DNA of 64,000 nt from Bacteroidota bacterium (GCA_017303975.1 JAFLBG010000001.1:91988-155987); one strand, 5' to 3'; counted from the stretch's first letter, positions 10,036 through 20,619 are shown. Translations and numbers: made by a program. Notes: a model not told the origin generated them from the sequence alone.

Positions 10036-11448
10036 TTATTCTATTATTATTCTAGTCGAGTATTCGTTTATGGTAGCGTTGTATAGTCCTTGTGTCCAAT
10101 TTCGAGTATCAATTGTTTCTCTTTCTCCTGAAATTATTTTTTCCATAACAACCTTACCTAACATGTTCGTAATTTTTATAATGGTAGGACGGTTTTTGCT
10201 TTTAGTTTTTTGTTCTATTGTAATGAAATCTGCAGAAGGGTTTGGATAGATTGAAAAGTACTCTGTGAAATTTTTTAATAGGCTTGTGTTTGTTGAGTTG
10301 TACGTTAGAATCTTTATACCTGTCCAATTAGAAGAAAAGGGAATTCCTAGCGTGCATATGTAGGATAGAAATATTTTATTTTGATGAATACTTACCCCCC
10401 ATGTACCAATTGAGTTTAAACTACCCCCATAAAAGTTACAAGAATCGGGTTGTGATGGGTTGGTAACATCAATGATTAGTAAATCAGACTTGCCGGTTGA
10501 TAGATATGTTAAATTCAAAGTTGTATCAAGTGCAATTTCATTGGCATGTACAGGGCTAGTAAACCAGTTGTTGGTTGGGCAGTTATAGGGATTCCACCAG
10601 CCCACTAACTTCATCTGCGAAGTGTCTGCAATGCTTATAACCTCCATTCCACAATAATCTACAGCTAAATAAGCAAGTGTATCTTTTAATACAATATTGT
10701 TGTATGCTCTTGGCAAGTTAAGTGGGACATATAATGCCGGATTGCAAAATCGTCCGGTTTCTTTTGGGGAAAATTTGTTGACACAGTTAATTACCCTGAG
10801 TCCACCTGCATCATAACACAAATATACGATATCGTTTTTTACTTCCATTCCTCGGGCGTTATATAACCCAGGGTTGGGTGAAGAGACAGGATAATGGATT
10901 GTGGGTATAAATTGAGAAACAAAGGAAATGTTTGATGGGTTTGAAACATCTAAAATTAATAGTCCATTTGTCATTGCTCCCAAGTAAGCATAGTTACCTT
11001 CTACTTTAATAACTCCGGTTCCTCCTTTATTTGTATGCTTCCATGAATCGGTAACTATTGGAGTTGTAGGGTTTGTAACATCAATGATAGCCATTCCGGA
11101 ATATTGATTGTTGCTAAAATGATTGCCTGTAGCTAAGTATATATAATTACCTTTTTGTGTCAAGTGCATTACATCAAGTGTGTCAATTTGTTTTGTGAGA
11201 ACCGAAGCAATTAATGACGGAGTGGAAATGGTAGATATGTCGTAAATAGTTAGCCCACCTTCTTTATTTGCAACATACAAATAAGGTCTGTTTTGAACAT
11301 CATGAATCATGGTCATAACCATTGTTGAGCATACCGATGGTATATCCGCTTGGTGCTGTATCCCAAGTTGATTGCAGGTTTGCGAATAATTAAACAGGCT
11401 AATTGTTAAAAAAACAAATAAGATGATTTTATTGTCTTTTCGAATCAT
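10036..11448 (-). CDS. LVIVD-repeat beta-propeller protein with T9SS type-A C-terminal sorting domain
   Basis: Repeated '...YxYLAxG..GLxIxDVSNPxxP' LVIVD-like blades. C-terminus 'IYPNPSADFITIE...ITNMLGKVV...GLY' is TIGR04183-like. The ORF extends to 11487, but the signal peptide (MIRKDNKIILFVFLTISLF) begins at the Met at 11448. Confidence 0.7.
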   Translation of the reverse strand: MIRKDNKIILFVFLTISLFNYSQTCNQLGIQHQADIPSVCSTMVMTMIHDVQNRPYLYVANKEGGLTIYDISTISTPSLIASVLTKQIDTLDVMHLTQKGNYIYLATGNHFSNNQYSGMAIIDVTNPTTPIVTDSWKHTNKGGTGVIKVEGNYAYLGAMTNGLLILDVSNPSNISFVSQFIPTIHYPVSSPNPGLYNARGMEVKNDIVYLCYDAGGLRVINCVNKFSPKETGRFCNPALYVPLNLPRAYNNIVLKDTLAYLAVDYCGMEVISIADTSQMKLVGWWNPYNCPTNNWFTSPVHANEIALDTTLNLTYLSTGKSDLLIIDVTNPSQPDSCNFYGGSLNSIGTWGVSIHQNKIFLSYICTLGIPFSSNWTGIKILTYNSTNTSLLKNFTEYFSIYPNPSADFITIEQKTKSKNRPTIIKITNMLGKVVMEKIISGERETIDTRNWTQGLYNATINEYSTRIIIE

Positions 11449-11962
11449 GGTGTAATTGATTAAACTCATTTGATTTCCCTTTTGCAATCGAAAGTGTTTT
11501 CCAGTTTTCGTCAGTAATCATTTTTGCAAGAAAAGTAATTTGTCCTACGTGGTACGCGTAGTGAGCAATTTGACGGTTAATAGCTTCGTACACTTTATGT
11601 GGTTCGTTTCGAATAAAAATTATTTTTTCTAAATCATTTTCGTTTAGGCTTGTAAGCGTTGCAAATAGAACGCTCCAACCTTTTTGCCAAAACAATAGTA
11701 ATTCCTCTTTGTTGTGAGTATCAATTTCAAATTCTGTATCTCTGTTGCGCCATTCCTTTTCTCCATCCGTGGTTAAAAAATCGGTCCAACGCGATAGCAT
11801 ATTACCCGCCATGTGTTTCATGATAATGGCAATGCTATTGCTGTTTTTGTTTGGTAACCAAAATATTTTTTCGGTTTCAGAGATTTGTGCCAATGCTTTA
11901 TCAGCAAGTTGTTGGTAGGTTTTAAAAACTGAAATGCTATTTAATAAATATCCTTTTTCCAT
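11429..11962 (-). CDS. DinB_2/DUF1572 family protein
   Basis: 177 aa. 'HMAGNMLSRWTDFLTTDGEK...HYAYHVGQITFL' is typical of the DinB-like four-helix metal-binding family. Confidence 0.65.
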   Translation of the reverse strand: MEKGYLLNSISVFKTYQQLADKALAQISETEKIFWLPNKNSNSIAIIMKHMAGNMLSRWTDFLTTDGEKEWRNRDTEFEIDTHNKEELLLFWQKGWSVLFATLTSLNENDLEKIIFIRNEPHKVYEAINRQIAHYAYHVGQITFLAKMITDENWKTLSIAKGKSNEFNQLHHDSKRQ

Positions 11963-12030
11963 TTATTATAGAGTTTGTCATTCTGAACAATAGTGAAGAA
12001 TCTTTTTTTGTTTAGCATGTAGCAAAAATG

Positions 12031-13275
12031 CTACATCTCTTTTTCCCATTTCGCTACCACAACAGTTGCAAGGCAGTTGCCCAATACATTTACTGCAGTG
12101 CGTCCCATATCCATTAAACCGTCAATTCCTAGAATAATTAAAATTGGTTCTGGCGGTAAATGAAAGGAAGCAACTGTTGCAGATAGAATTACTAAAGATG
12201 CACGCGGAACACCGGCTACGCCTTTGCTGGTGAGCATCAGTGTAAGCACCATTATTATTTGTTGCGATAAGCTTAAATCAACTCCTGCTGCTTGTGCCAC
12301 AAATACCGAAGCAAGAGAAAGGTAAAGAGTTGTTCCATCTAAGTTAAAGCTATATCCGGTGGGCAATACAAAGGCAACAATTTTTCGAGGCACACCAAAT
12401 TTTTCTAAGTTTTCCATGGCAGATGGCAAAGCCGATTCGGAGCTTGCCGTAGCAAATGCAAGCATAATAGGTTCTTCTATGGCTTGTATAAATTTTTTGA
12501 TGGGAACTTTTACTAAGAGAGCAATGGGCAAGAGTATGAGTAAAACAAACGCAACTAATGCACCATAGAGAGTAAGTAGCAATTGTATCAAATTTTCAAA
12601 AACCCCCAATCCATACTTTCCTACCGTATAGGCAATAGCCCCAAAAACGGCTAAGGGAGCCAAGTACATAACCAAATGAGTAAATTTGAACATTACTTCC
12701 GAAATACTTTCTATCACGGTTAGTAATGGCTTTTTCTTTTCATCCTTTACCATTGCCATTCCAACACCAAATAATATACTAAATACTACTATTTGTAATA
12801 CCTGCCCTTCTGCGATAGATTTAGCAATGTTTTCGGGGAATATATGTAAAATTATATCGTGTGCAGATTGAGCTTTTCCAACTAAATTTTCAGGTAGTGT
12901 TGCATCGGGCGGAATAGGTGCACCAACTCCCGCTTTGGTAATATTAATAGCTGCAAGTCCAATGATAAGAGCAAATGTGGTTACTATTTCAAAATATATA
13001 ATTGATTTGATTCCAATTCTACCTACTTGTTTCAAATTAGAATGCCCCGCAATTCCCACAACCAGTGTACTAAAAAGAAGAGGAGCTATAATTGTTTTGA
13101 TTAGTTTTAGAAAAATGTCGCTAATTATTTTCAGCTCTTGCGCTATTGTTGGGAAATCGTACCCAAACAAAATTCCCATGATTAGAAATGCAAAAGTAAA
13201 TGTGGTGAGGTTTCTTTTTTTGTAAAGTAGAAATAGGATCCCTGCAAAAACAAATAAATGTATGAATACTAGCAT
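12031..13275 (-). CDS. Dicarboxylate/amino acid:cation (Na+/H+) symporter, DAACS family
   Basis: 414 aa polytopic protein. 'GVPRASLVILSATVASFHLP' and 'LDMGRTAVNVLGNCLATVVVAKWE' match GltP/DctA-type transporters. Confidence 0.85.
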   Translation of the reverse strand: MLVFIHLFVFAGILFLLYKKRNLTTFTFAFLIMGILFGYDFPTIAQELKIISDIFLKLIKTIIAPLLFSTLVVGIAGHSNLKQVGRIGIKSIIYFEIVTTFALIIGLAAINITKAGVGAPIPPDATLPENLVGKAQSAHDIILHIFPENIAKSIAEGQVLQIVVFSILFGVGMAMVKDEKKKPLLTVIESISEVMFKFTHLVMYLAPLAVFGAIAYTVGKYGLGVFENLIQLLLTLYGALVAFVLLILLPIALLVKVPIKKFIQAIEEPIMLAFATASSESALPSAMENLEKFGVPRKIVAFVLPTGYSFNLDGTTLYLSLASVFVAQAAGVDLSLSQQIIMVLTLMLTSKGVAGVPRASLVILSATVASFHLPPEPILIILGIDGLMDMGRTAVNVLGNCLATVVVAKWEKEM

Positions 13276-13635
13276 TCATAAAAATAGCGAAAGAAAATTA
13301 AACCGTAATTAGACAGTAGAAGCTTTTGAAAAAAGCGCACTATCTGTCTTAGTACGGGTAACCCCAACTTAGTATTAGTAAGGTTTCCTTACTTATTCAA
13401 ACCCCTAAAAGCCTTACTAATATTTAGTTGTAGGCAGTTGTATTTCCTAGCTGTCTATTTAGGGTTAAATCAGTTGTATTAAAGTAAGACGGCATGTTTG
13501 GTTAATTATTTCTAAGTAGTCAAAATCACGAAAATGCTTTAGAATACAGATTTATGCAACGGTTTTTATTCCCTAGTTTTAAATACCCAATAGTTTCTAA
13601 TATATTTAACAAATCAAACATTCATATACTTAGTA

Positions 13636-16600
13636 TTGGGCTCTAGAAATACATATTTGTTAATTCTTTTTTTGGCTTTGTTAAGTTTTGCCGGTGCTTT
13701 TATTGCCGAGCAAAAAAGGAGTGTTGGGTTTAAGGAATTAATAGAGAATTTTACAACCGTTTACCATCAAAAAGAGAAAGCGCAAGAGGTTGAGTTGACA
13801 AGATTTGGGGAACAAGCCAACGCCAATTATTCTTCCGAAAGTCCCGATTGGTTGGAGTCTTTGGAGCAAAACGGTATTTATCTGTTTCGTTTTAAGAACG
13901 ATTCTTGTGTGTATTGGAGCTCTAATAAAGTTCAATTGCCCACCGATGTTTTGCAAATACCAGATACTTTACAAGTTTTAAAACTTCAGACCGGCTATTA
14001 TCAGCTTAAAAAGAGAAGACAAAACAACTCGACTGTTATTATCTCTTTATTATTGCTAAAAAGGGAGTGGCCGCACCAAAACGAGTATTTGCAAAATGGT
14101 TTTGTCTTTGATTCGAATATTCCCTCCGGAACCATGCTGTTAATGCAGAAAGCTCCAAATTGTATTCCTGTTGTATCGTTATCAAAGAACACACTTTTTT
14201 ATTTACGATTTTACTCTAGTACCACAACCAATACTGCATTACAGTTTACGGCAATACTGCTCTACACACTTTCTTTCTTGCTTATATTACGCTTGGTAAT
14301 TGGTTGGCTGTCAGAAATAATCTCAAATCCGTTTTATTTTCTTGTTCTTTTGGGGTCCTTTTTAATAGGCATTGCTCTTCTCGTTAACACCTACCGAATT
14401 CCTAAGGTGTTGTTTGAATTAGATTTTTTTAACCCACAACTGTTTGCCGATGCTAATAGTTATTGGTTAAGCTCTATGGGAATGGTTTTTGTGAACACCC
14501 TGCTTTTGTTACTCTTTACCTATGTGGTAAACCAAAAACTTAAAAGAGCTACTCAACACACTCCGCTATTTTGGTTTCTTTTTTCTGTAGCATTGATTTG
14601 TCTATCTATTTTTGTTATCGACAATTATTTATACCTAATACAAAGCTTTGTCTTTAATTCCACAGCCGTATTTCAGCTCAACAATATTCTTTCATGGAAC
14701 ATTTACAGCTTATTAGGAATATTTAATTTATTGGTGTTTTTATTTTCTATTTATTTTTTTGTACGAGCTACAACAACCTCTATTAGGTACCATTCAAAAG
14801 CAGTGTATTCAATAGCGTCAATTGTTATAGGGTTTTGTCTTGTGCTTGTTTTTGCCGACTTGTATTTTGTAGAATTAAGCACAACCTTATTTTTAGTGGT
14901 GCTGCTGTACACTATTTTTTTATATCGAACAAGAAGTCAAATTACACCATTTGCTGTTGGGTTGATTTATATTATTATTTTTTCTGCCTATACCGTTTAT
15001 TTGTTTGAGAGGAAAAATTCTGAGAAAGAGTTTAACAATCTTTCTTCTTTTGCTGATAAGCTGGCGGAAGAGAAAGATGTAATTGCGGAGTATTTGTTTG
15101 AGGAGGTTAGCAATAAATTATCTACCGATACCGCTTTATTGGGTAGTTTGACGCCATCAACATTTTCTAGGTTTGAGAATGTTTTGTATGCTAACTATTT
15201 TGGAAACTATTGGACCAAGTATTCAATAAAGGCATTTGCATTCGATTCTGTTTGCTATCCGCTTCATAATAGTTTGCAGCCGGAGCTTACTAACAATACT
15301 TATTTCGATGAACTTATTTTTACAAACGGAGAGTCAACCTCGTGCGATAAATTTTTTTTTATTTCGAAGGATAAGGAGCAATACTATTTAGCAAAGATTC
15401 CCTTATACACCTCAACTAGTAATCACAAGCCAGCACACCTGTATGTAAAGTTTGAATCGCGTGCTACTACTGAGAATAGTGGGTTTCCGGAGCTACTGCT
15501 CGATAAAAAATTAATTTTAAAGTTTGATATAAGCCAATATTCCTATGCAGTATATAAGGAGAAAAAACTCGTTGCTAATTACGGAAAATACTATTACCCA
15601 TTTTTGTACAGCAGTTTATCCGACAAGGATTACCTTCATTTTACTTTTTCTCCAACACCCGAAACCAACGTAGTTATCAGTAAAGCAGCAGTAGGGTATA
15701 TCAGTAAATTGTCTGCTTTTTCTGTCTTTTTTTCATTGAGTGGACTAGTTGTGTTGTTGGTGTATTTCTTTTTTCTGCTGTATACAAACAAGGCTAAAGA
15801 AATATTCTCTACTTTAAAATGGAAAACCCAGACCATACTTGCATTACTGGTGTTTTTGGCGTGTACTGTATTTGCTATTTCTATTCTTGGGTTTATTAAA
15901 AGCCTAAACAAAAACGAAATGGAAAATAGCTTGAATCAGAAAATAAATTCTATACACAAAGAGCTACAACATAAGCTGGGCAACGAATTTACATTAGATA
16001 AGAATTACAGACCATATATAAATTCAATTCTAGCTAAATACGCCAACGTTTTTTCTACTGATATTATTTTATATGACATAAAGGGAGATTTAATAGCTTC
16101 CTCTAGTATGGCAATATTTGAAGAAGGTTTACTATCAGACAAAATGAACCCGTTAGCATTTGCGCAGTTAAACAAAAAATCGGCATCTAGGTATATACAT
16201 TCCGAACAAATAGGTAAGCTCACTTTTTTATCTGGATATATTCCGTTTAAGAATAAGAGTGGCGATGATATTGCCTACATCAATCTTCCGTATTTTGCGA
16301 AACAAAAATTATACGATAAGGAGATTGCGGTTTATTTATCTACCATCATTAACATATATAGTGTTTTGCTTGTACTTTCAGTACTAGTATCAATTAGTAT
16401 TGCCAATCAATTAACAAGTCCATTGCAGCTCATTCAGCAAAAACTGAGCACTCTTACGTTGGGTAAAAAGCACGAATTAATCGATTGGATAAAAGACGAT
16501 GAAATAGGCAAATTGGTTGCTGAATACAATAGAACTGTTTTAGAATTAGAACGCAGCGCCATTGCACTAGCTAAAAGCGAAAGGGAAAGCGCGTGGAAGG

Positions 16601-17244
16601 AAATGGCAAAGCAAGTGGCTCACGAAATAAAAAATCCGCTTACTCCTATGAAGCTCAATATACAGCACTTGCAGCGAATTCAAAAGGTGAGTAAAGACGA
16701 TTTTGAAAGCAAGTTCGAAAAGATTACAACATCGTTGCTCGAACAAATTGACGCGCTATCTCTTATTGCATCGGCCTTTTCTGATTTTGCGAAAATGCCT
16801 ACTTCTAATCTCGAGAAAATTAATCTAACCGAGCTGCTTATGGGAGCAACCGAGTTGTATAAAAATACTATCGCAATAAACACACATTTTGATAGTAATG
16901 TGGAAATTTTTATTTCAGCAGATAAAATTCAGTTGAGTAGAGCGCTATCTAATATTATAAAGAATGCAACACAAGCGGTTTCCGAGAAGAGAGAGCCCAA
17001 ACTTGATATATACCTAGAAAAGGAATCTGACCGTGTGGTGTTGCAGATAAGAGACAATGGAATTGGCATTTCCGATGAAATGAAACAAAAGATTTTTACC
17101 CCAAACTTTACAACCAAAACAACAGGAATGGGACTAGGGTTGTCTATGGTAAAAAATAGTATTGAAAGTTTTGGTGGTAACATTTGGTTTGAATCAGAGG
17201 TGGATAAGGGTACTACATTTTTTATTACTTTTCCAATGGTTTAA
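13636..17244 (+). CDS. Large polytopic sensor histidine kinase (N-terminal ~1000-aa multi-TM sensor region, C-terminal HisKA + HATPase_c)
   Basis: H-box 'VAHEIKNPLTPMKLNIQHL', N-box 'LSNIIKNATQAV', G-boxes 'IRDNGIGI' and 'GMGLGLSMV'. At least 10 hydrophobic segments precede the kinase core. Confidence 0.8.
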   Translation: MGSRNTYLLILFLALLSFAGAFIAEQKRSVGFKELIENFTTVYHQKEKAQEVELTRFGEQANANYSSESPDWLESLEQNGIYLFRFKNDSCVYWSSNKVQLPTDVLQIPDTLQVLKLQTGYYQLKKRRQNNSTVIISLLLLKREWPHQNEYLQNGFVFDSNIPSGTMLLMQKAPNCIPVVSLSKNTLFYLRFYSSTTTNTALQFTAILLYTLSFLLILRLVIGWLSEIISNPFYFLVLLGSFLIGIALLVNTYRIPKVLFELDFFNPQLFADANSYWLSSMGMVFVNTLLLLLFTYVVNQKLKRATQHTPLFWFLFSVALICLSIFVIDNYLYLIQSFVFNSTAVFQLNNILSWNIYSLLGIFNLLVFLFSIYFFVRATTTSIRYHSKAVYSIASIVIGFCLVLVFADLYFVELSTTLFLVVLLYTIFLYRTRSQITPFAVGLIYIIIFSAYTVYLFERKNSEKEFNNLSSFADKLAEEKDVIAEYLFEEVSNKLSTDTALLGSLTPSTFSRFENVLYANYFGNYWTKYSIKAFAFDSVCYPLHNSLQPELTNNTYFDELIFTNGESTSCDKFFFISKDKEQYYLAKIPLYTSTSNHKPAHLYVKFESRATTENSGFPELLLDKKLILKFDISQYSYAVYKEKKLVANYGKYYYPFLYSSLSDKDYLHFTFSPTPETNVVISKAAVGYISKLSAFSVFFSLSGLVVLLVYFFFLLYTNKAKEIFSTLKWKTQTILALLVFLACTVFAISILGFIKSLNKNEMENSLNQKINSIHKELQHKLGNEFTLDKNYRPYINSILAKYANVFSTDIILYDIKGDLIASSSMAIFEEGLLSDKMNPLAFAQLNKKSASRYIHSEQIGKLTFLSGYIPFKNKSGDDIAYINLPYFAKQKLYDKEIAVYLSTIINIYSVLLVLSVLVSISIANQLTSPLQLIQQKLSTLTLGKKHELIDWIKDDEIGKLVAEYNRTVLELERSAIALAKSERESAWKEMAKQVAHEIKNPLTPMKLNIQHLQRIQKVSKDDFESKFEKITTSLLEQIDALSLIASAFSDFAKMPTSNLEKINLTELLMGATELYKNTIAINTHFDSNVEIFISADKIQLSRALSNIIKNATQAVSEKREPKLDIYLEKESDRVVLQIRDNGIGISDEMKQKIFTPNFTTKTTGMGLGLSMVKNSIESFGGNIWFESEVDKGTTFFITFPMV

Positions 17245-17282
17245 TTATTTCTACATTATTTCGAAGTAATAGCCAAACAAAA

Positions 17283-19172
17283 ATGAAAAAAAAAGCAAGT
17301 GTATCCGTAGGCACACAAGCTCAATCGCTTGGAGCAAAGGCAAAGAACAAGTTTGCTTTAGTGGTTTTTGTTTTGTGCGTTGCATTATACGCCAACACCT
17401 TGAATCATGGCTATGCATTTGATGATGCAGTGGCTGTAACAGGAAATAAATTTACAAAGCAAGGAATTAGTGGAATACCTAGTTTGTTAACACAAGATTT
17501 TTTTGCCGGTATATACGATAAAGGATTGGAGCTTACAGGGGGTAGATATCGGCCACTTTCGTTAGTTACCTTTGCCATAGAATATCAGTTTTTCGGAGAA
17601 AGTCCATTTGTAAGCCATTTGGTAAATATTTTATTGTATGCTTTAACGTGTGCTCTTCTCTATTATACACTTGACAAGCTTATTCCCAATTCTTTTTTAC
17701 TTACAAGCACCGCAACCCTTTTATTTGCAGCGCACCCAATACACACCGAAGTAGTAGCCAATATTAAAAGTAGAGATGAAATTTTATGTTTTCTATTTTT
17801 GATTTTATCTATTCAACAGTATCTGGTTTATTTTAAGACCAATGCAACCAAGAGTCTTGGCGCTTCTTTGGTTTGTTATTTTCTGTCACTTTTATCAAAA
17901 GAGAACAGCATTACATTTTTGGCTATTTTACCTATCATGCTTTATTCCTTACTTAATAAAGGATTTAAGGAAAGTATAAGCAAGTCGGTCCCATTTTTTA
18001 TTACAGGATTTGTGTATGTGCTTATAAGGGCTTATTTGGTGGGTTTTATTGGTGCCGAGGTAAATCCCGATGTAATGGAAAACCCGTTTGTGGGTGTTGA
18101 TTTTATGACCAAGTTTGCCACCATTGCGGTTATCATGGGAAAATACGTAACCCTTCTTTTTTTTCCTCATCCACTTTCCAGCGATTATTCATTTAATCAA
18201 ATACCGTATGTTTCCATAAGTAATGGATATGCGCTTGTATCGATTGCTGTGTATGGATTTTTAGCTTTTTTTTCCAGCAAGAATATTCGTAAACTTCCTA
18301 TTATTTCATTCGGCATATTTTTTTATTTGCTAACTATTTCTTTGGTGTCAAACTTAGTATTCAATATTGGTGCGCCAATGGGCGAGCGTTTTTTATTCAT
18401 GCCATCATTAGGGTTTTGTTTGGTCTTGGCGGCATTGTTTACTATAGTTTTTAAACCTAAAGAAAACAACCAACTAAAGTTTTTACCCAAACTACATATT
18501 CCATTACTATTATTGCTATTGCTCTATTCGGCAAAAACTATTTCGCGAAACAAAGACTGGAAAAACAATCTCACACTTTTTGCGGCAGACGTTAAAACAG
18601 TTCCTAATAGCGCTAAAGCCCAATATTATTATGCAAATAACTTATTAAACGAATTAATTAATGATAAAACCAAAAATAATCCGAAAAGAAACGAATGGAT
18701 CGCGTTAGGTGTAAAGCACGCTACTCGAGCGGTTCAAATTAATCCAAAGTTTCATCATGCACACTATGCCCTAGGAATGTTGTACCAAGAGGCAAATAAA
18801 GGCGATTCTTCTCTTGCCTCGTTTAAGAGGGTTTTGGAGCTACAGCCTTCTCACATTCTTACGCAAGCTGCATTGGGCACTACGTATGGCAAATTACTTG
18901 GCGATTACGATAATGCTATAAAGTATTTACAAATAGCAGTAACCTATAATCCTAATGATGCCAGTGCTTTCGAAAACCTCGGGATTGCTTATGCCATGAA
19001 ACAGCAATTTAGCAATGCGTTGGGGGCGTTTGAAAAGGCAATGCAATTAAAACCTGCATCCGCTCAGTCGTATCTTAATTTGGCAATTACCTACCAAAAC
19101 ATGGGCGAGCAACAAAAGGCACAAGCGTTTTTTGATAAGGCATTTGCTATTGATCCTAGTTTAAGAAAGTAA
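17283..19172 (+). CDS. Polytopic membrane protein with C-terminal TPR repeats (PMT/TMTC-like N-terminal domain)
   Basis: About 450 aa of TM helices with a 'YAFDD' motif. This resembles the DUF1736/glycosyltransferase-39-like proteins that are fused to TPRs. The C-terminal 'AHYALGMLYQEANK...LELQPSH...' TPR units are clear. Confidence 0.55.
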   Translation: MKKKASVSVGTQAQSLGAKAKNKFALVVFVLCVALYANTLNHGYAFDDAVAVTGNKFTKQGISGIPSLLTQDFFAGIYDKGLELTGGRYRPLSLVTFAIEYQFFGESPFVSHLVNILLYALTCALLYYTLDKLIPNSFLLTSTATLLFAAHPIHTEVVANIKSRDEILCFLFLILSIQQYLVYFKTNATKSLGASLVCYFLSLLSKENSITFLAILPIMLYSLLNKGFKESISKSVPFFITGFVYVLIRAYLVGFIGAEVNPDVMENPFVGVDFMTKFATIAVIMGKYVTLLFFPHPLSSDYSFNQIPYVSISNGYALVSIAVYGFLAFFSSKNIRKLPIISFGIFFYLLTISLVSNLVFNIGAPMGERFLFMPSLGFCLVLAALFTIVFKPKENNQLKFLPKLHIPLLLLLLLYSAKTISRNKDWKNNLTLFAADVKTVPNSAKAQYYYANNLLNELINDKTKNNPKRNEWIALGVKHATRAVQINPKFHHAHYALGMLYQEANKGDSSLASFKRVLELQPSHILTQAALGTTYGKLLGDYDNAIKYLQIAVTYNPNDASAFENLGIAYAMKQQFSNALGAFEKAMQLKPASAQSYLNLAITYQNMGEQQKAQAFFDKAFAIDPSLRK

Positions 19173-19380
19173 AATCGCCTTTTGCTTATAGAATGACACA
19201 TTAGTCGGACGAAAAAGAGATTTAGCGCGCCTCAAAAGCACATTTTTTAATTCTAAGGCAAATGCAATTCATTGATTTTCAGTCGCAAAGAAAAATTGTT
19301 GGTTTTTTGTTCACAATTTTTGGTGTTTTAAAAAAAGGGTGTACATTTGCAACCATAATAACCTTAAAAACAATTAAAAA

Positions 19381-19581
19381 ATGAAAAAATTAGTATTTTT
19401 AGCTGCAGTTATCGTAGCTTCTCTTGCTTCTTGCAAAAAAGACAGAACTTGTACTTGTAAGTATGACTACATGGGTGTTACTTCTTCAACTAGCTACACA
19501 GCAAAATTGAAAAAGAAAGATGCTAAAACATGGTGTGAAGGTAATGGAACAAGCTCTTACTACACTTGTACATTAGACTAA
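19381..19581 (+). CDS. Small Cys-rich lipoprotein (66 aa)
   Basis: Lipobox LASC. The mature part has a C-x5-C-x-C ... C ... C pattern. A terminator follows. Paralogous in pattern to 20620..20868. Confidence 0.55.
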   Translation: MKKLVFLAAVIVASLASCKKDRTCTCKYDYMGVTSSTSYTAKLKKKDAKTWCEGNGTSSYYTCTLD

Positions 19582-19606
19582 TTCTATTTTACATTGAATA
19601 AAAAAA

Positions 19607-19631
19607 GCCTCGCATTTGCGAGGCTTTTTTT
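19607..19631 (+). terminator. Rho-independent terminator
   Basis: GCCTCGCA/TGCGAGGC stem followed by TTTTTTT. It sits inside the 5' extension of the 19594 ORF, which argues for the later start at 19645. Confidence 0.6.
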
Positions 19632-19644
19632 ATATCTTGACTTT

Positions 19645-20586
19645 ATGAAGTTTAGAAAAATTGCGTTAATTCTTATTAGCCTTTTAATAGGTGTAACCTT
19701 TATTTTTTCAGGGTATAGCAAACTATTTCCTATTGAGCCATTTGAATACACCTTTGTAGATATTGGTGTGGGCAACTGGTACACATCTCCATTTATTGCT
19801 AGATTACTTATTGCCATTGAGTTTTTTATCGGTGTTTTTTTCTTGCTAAATACCTATTTAAACAAGCGTATATTTTATTTTACGCAGGGGATGCTTGCTT
19901 TTTTTACCATTTATTTGGCTGTGCAAATTGCAATTAATGGTAATAATGGTAATTGCGGCTGCTTTGGTACTATGCTTGTTTTTACCCCACTGGAAGCCAT
20001 TCTTAAAAACATTGTTTTAGCTGTATTGGTATGGGTTTTAACTCGCTTTCATTCCGATGTTTTTTCGTTACAAAAATTTCGATTGTTTTTAATTTTGTTT
20101 TTGGCTCTTACTTCTATTCTAATCCCGTTCATTTTTAACCCTATTCAATTATCTTATTCAGAAGCCTATTTAAATGCTAATAGAGATAGTTCATTCAAGT
20201 TAGAGTTAGATTCACTGTATGTTAATGCGAAGCGAAATGTGCCACCCAAATCCTTGTCTCAAGGGAAACACGTACTTACATTCTTTAGTTTAACGTGTAA
20301 TCATTGCCGAGTAGCCGCCAAAAAGTTGCGTATAATGAAAGAGTTGAATCCTTCTTTACCGCTCTATTTTGTTTTAAACGGAAAAGAAGACAAACTCAAA
20401 TTCTTTTTTGAGGATACACGCAGCCAAAATATTCCACATTGCATGCTTCCGGCCAGACCCTTTATTTTTCTTGCCGGGACAGAGCTGCCATCTATTTATT
20501 TGGTAAACAATTCGGTTGTGGAATCATCGCTTAATTATTTTGAGCTAGACCAAAAAGAAATAGAGAATTGGTTGCAGAAGCCATAG
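19645..20586 (+). CDS. DoxX/MauE-like membrane protein fused to a C-terminal thioredoxin-like (CxxC) domain
   Basis: Four TM helices with a 'GNCGCFG' motif, as in MauE/DoxX. The C-terminal soluble domain has 'FFSLTCNHCRVAAKKL', a thioredoxin/TlpA-type CxxC. Start chosen at MKFRKIALIL, downstream of the terminator hairpin. Confidence 0.65.
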   Translation: MKFRKIALILISLLIGVTFIFSGYSKLFPIEPFEYTFVDIGVGNWYTSPFIARLLIAIEFFIGVFFLLNTYLNKRIFYFTQGMLAFFTIYLAVQIAINGNNGNCGCFGTMLVFTPLEAILKNIVLAVLVWVLTRFHSDVFSLQKFRLFLILFLALTSILIPFIFNPIQLSYSEAYLNANRDSSFKLELDSLYVNAKRNVPPKSLSQGKHVLTFFSLTCNHCRVAAKKLRIMKELNPSLPLYFVLNGKEDKLKFFFEDTRSQNIPHCMLPARPFIFLAGTELPSIYLVNNSVVESSLNYFELDQKEIENWLQKP

Positions 20587-20619
20587 CTATTAAACTACAC
20601 ATTTGCTAAAATTTTTTAA

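Noticed and set aside
12016-12038. Hairpin ATGTAGCA-aaaa-TGCTACAT with a downstream T-tract on + strand, overlapping the symporter stop codon
   Set aside because: It has terminator shape on the + strand, but no + strand gene ends upstream. On the minus strand it is not followed by a U-tract. Function unclear, so it is not reported as a terminator.
19594-19644. Upstream extension of the MauE-Trx ORF (start at 19594)
   Set aside because: The extension is read through the terminator hairpin and T-tract of the preceding gene. The Met at 19645 gives a normal N-terminus.
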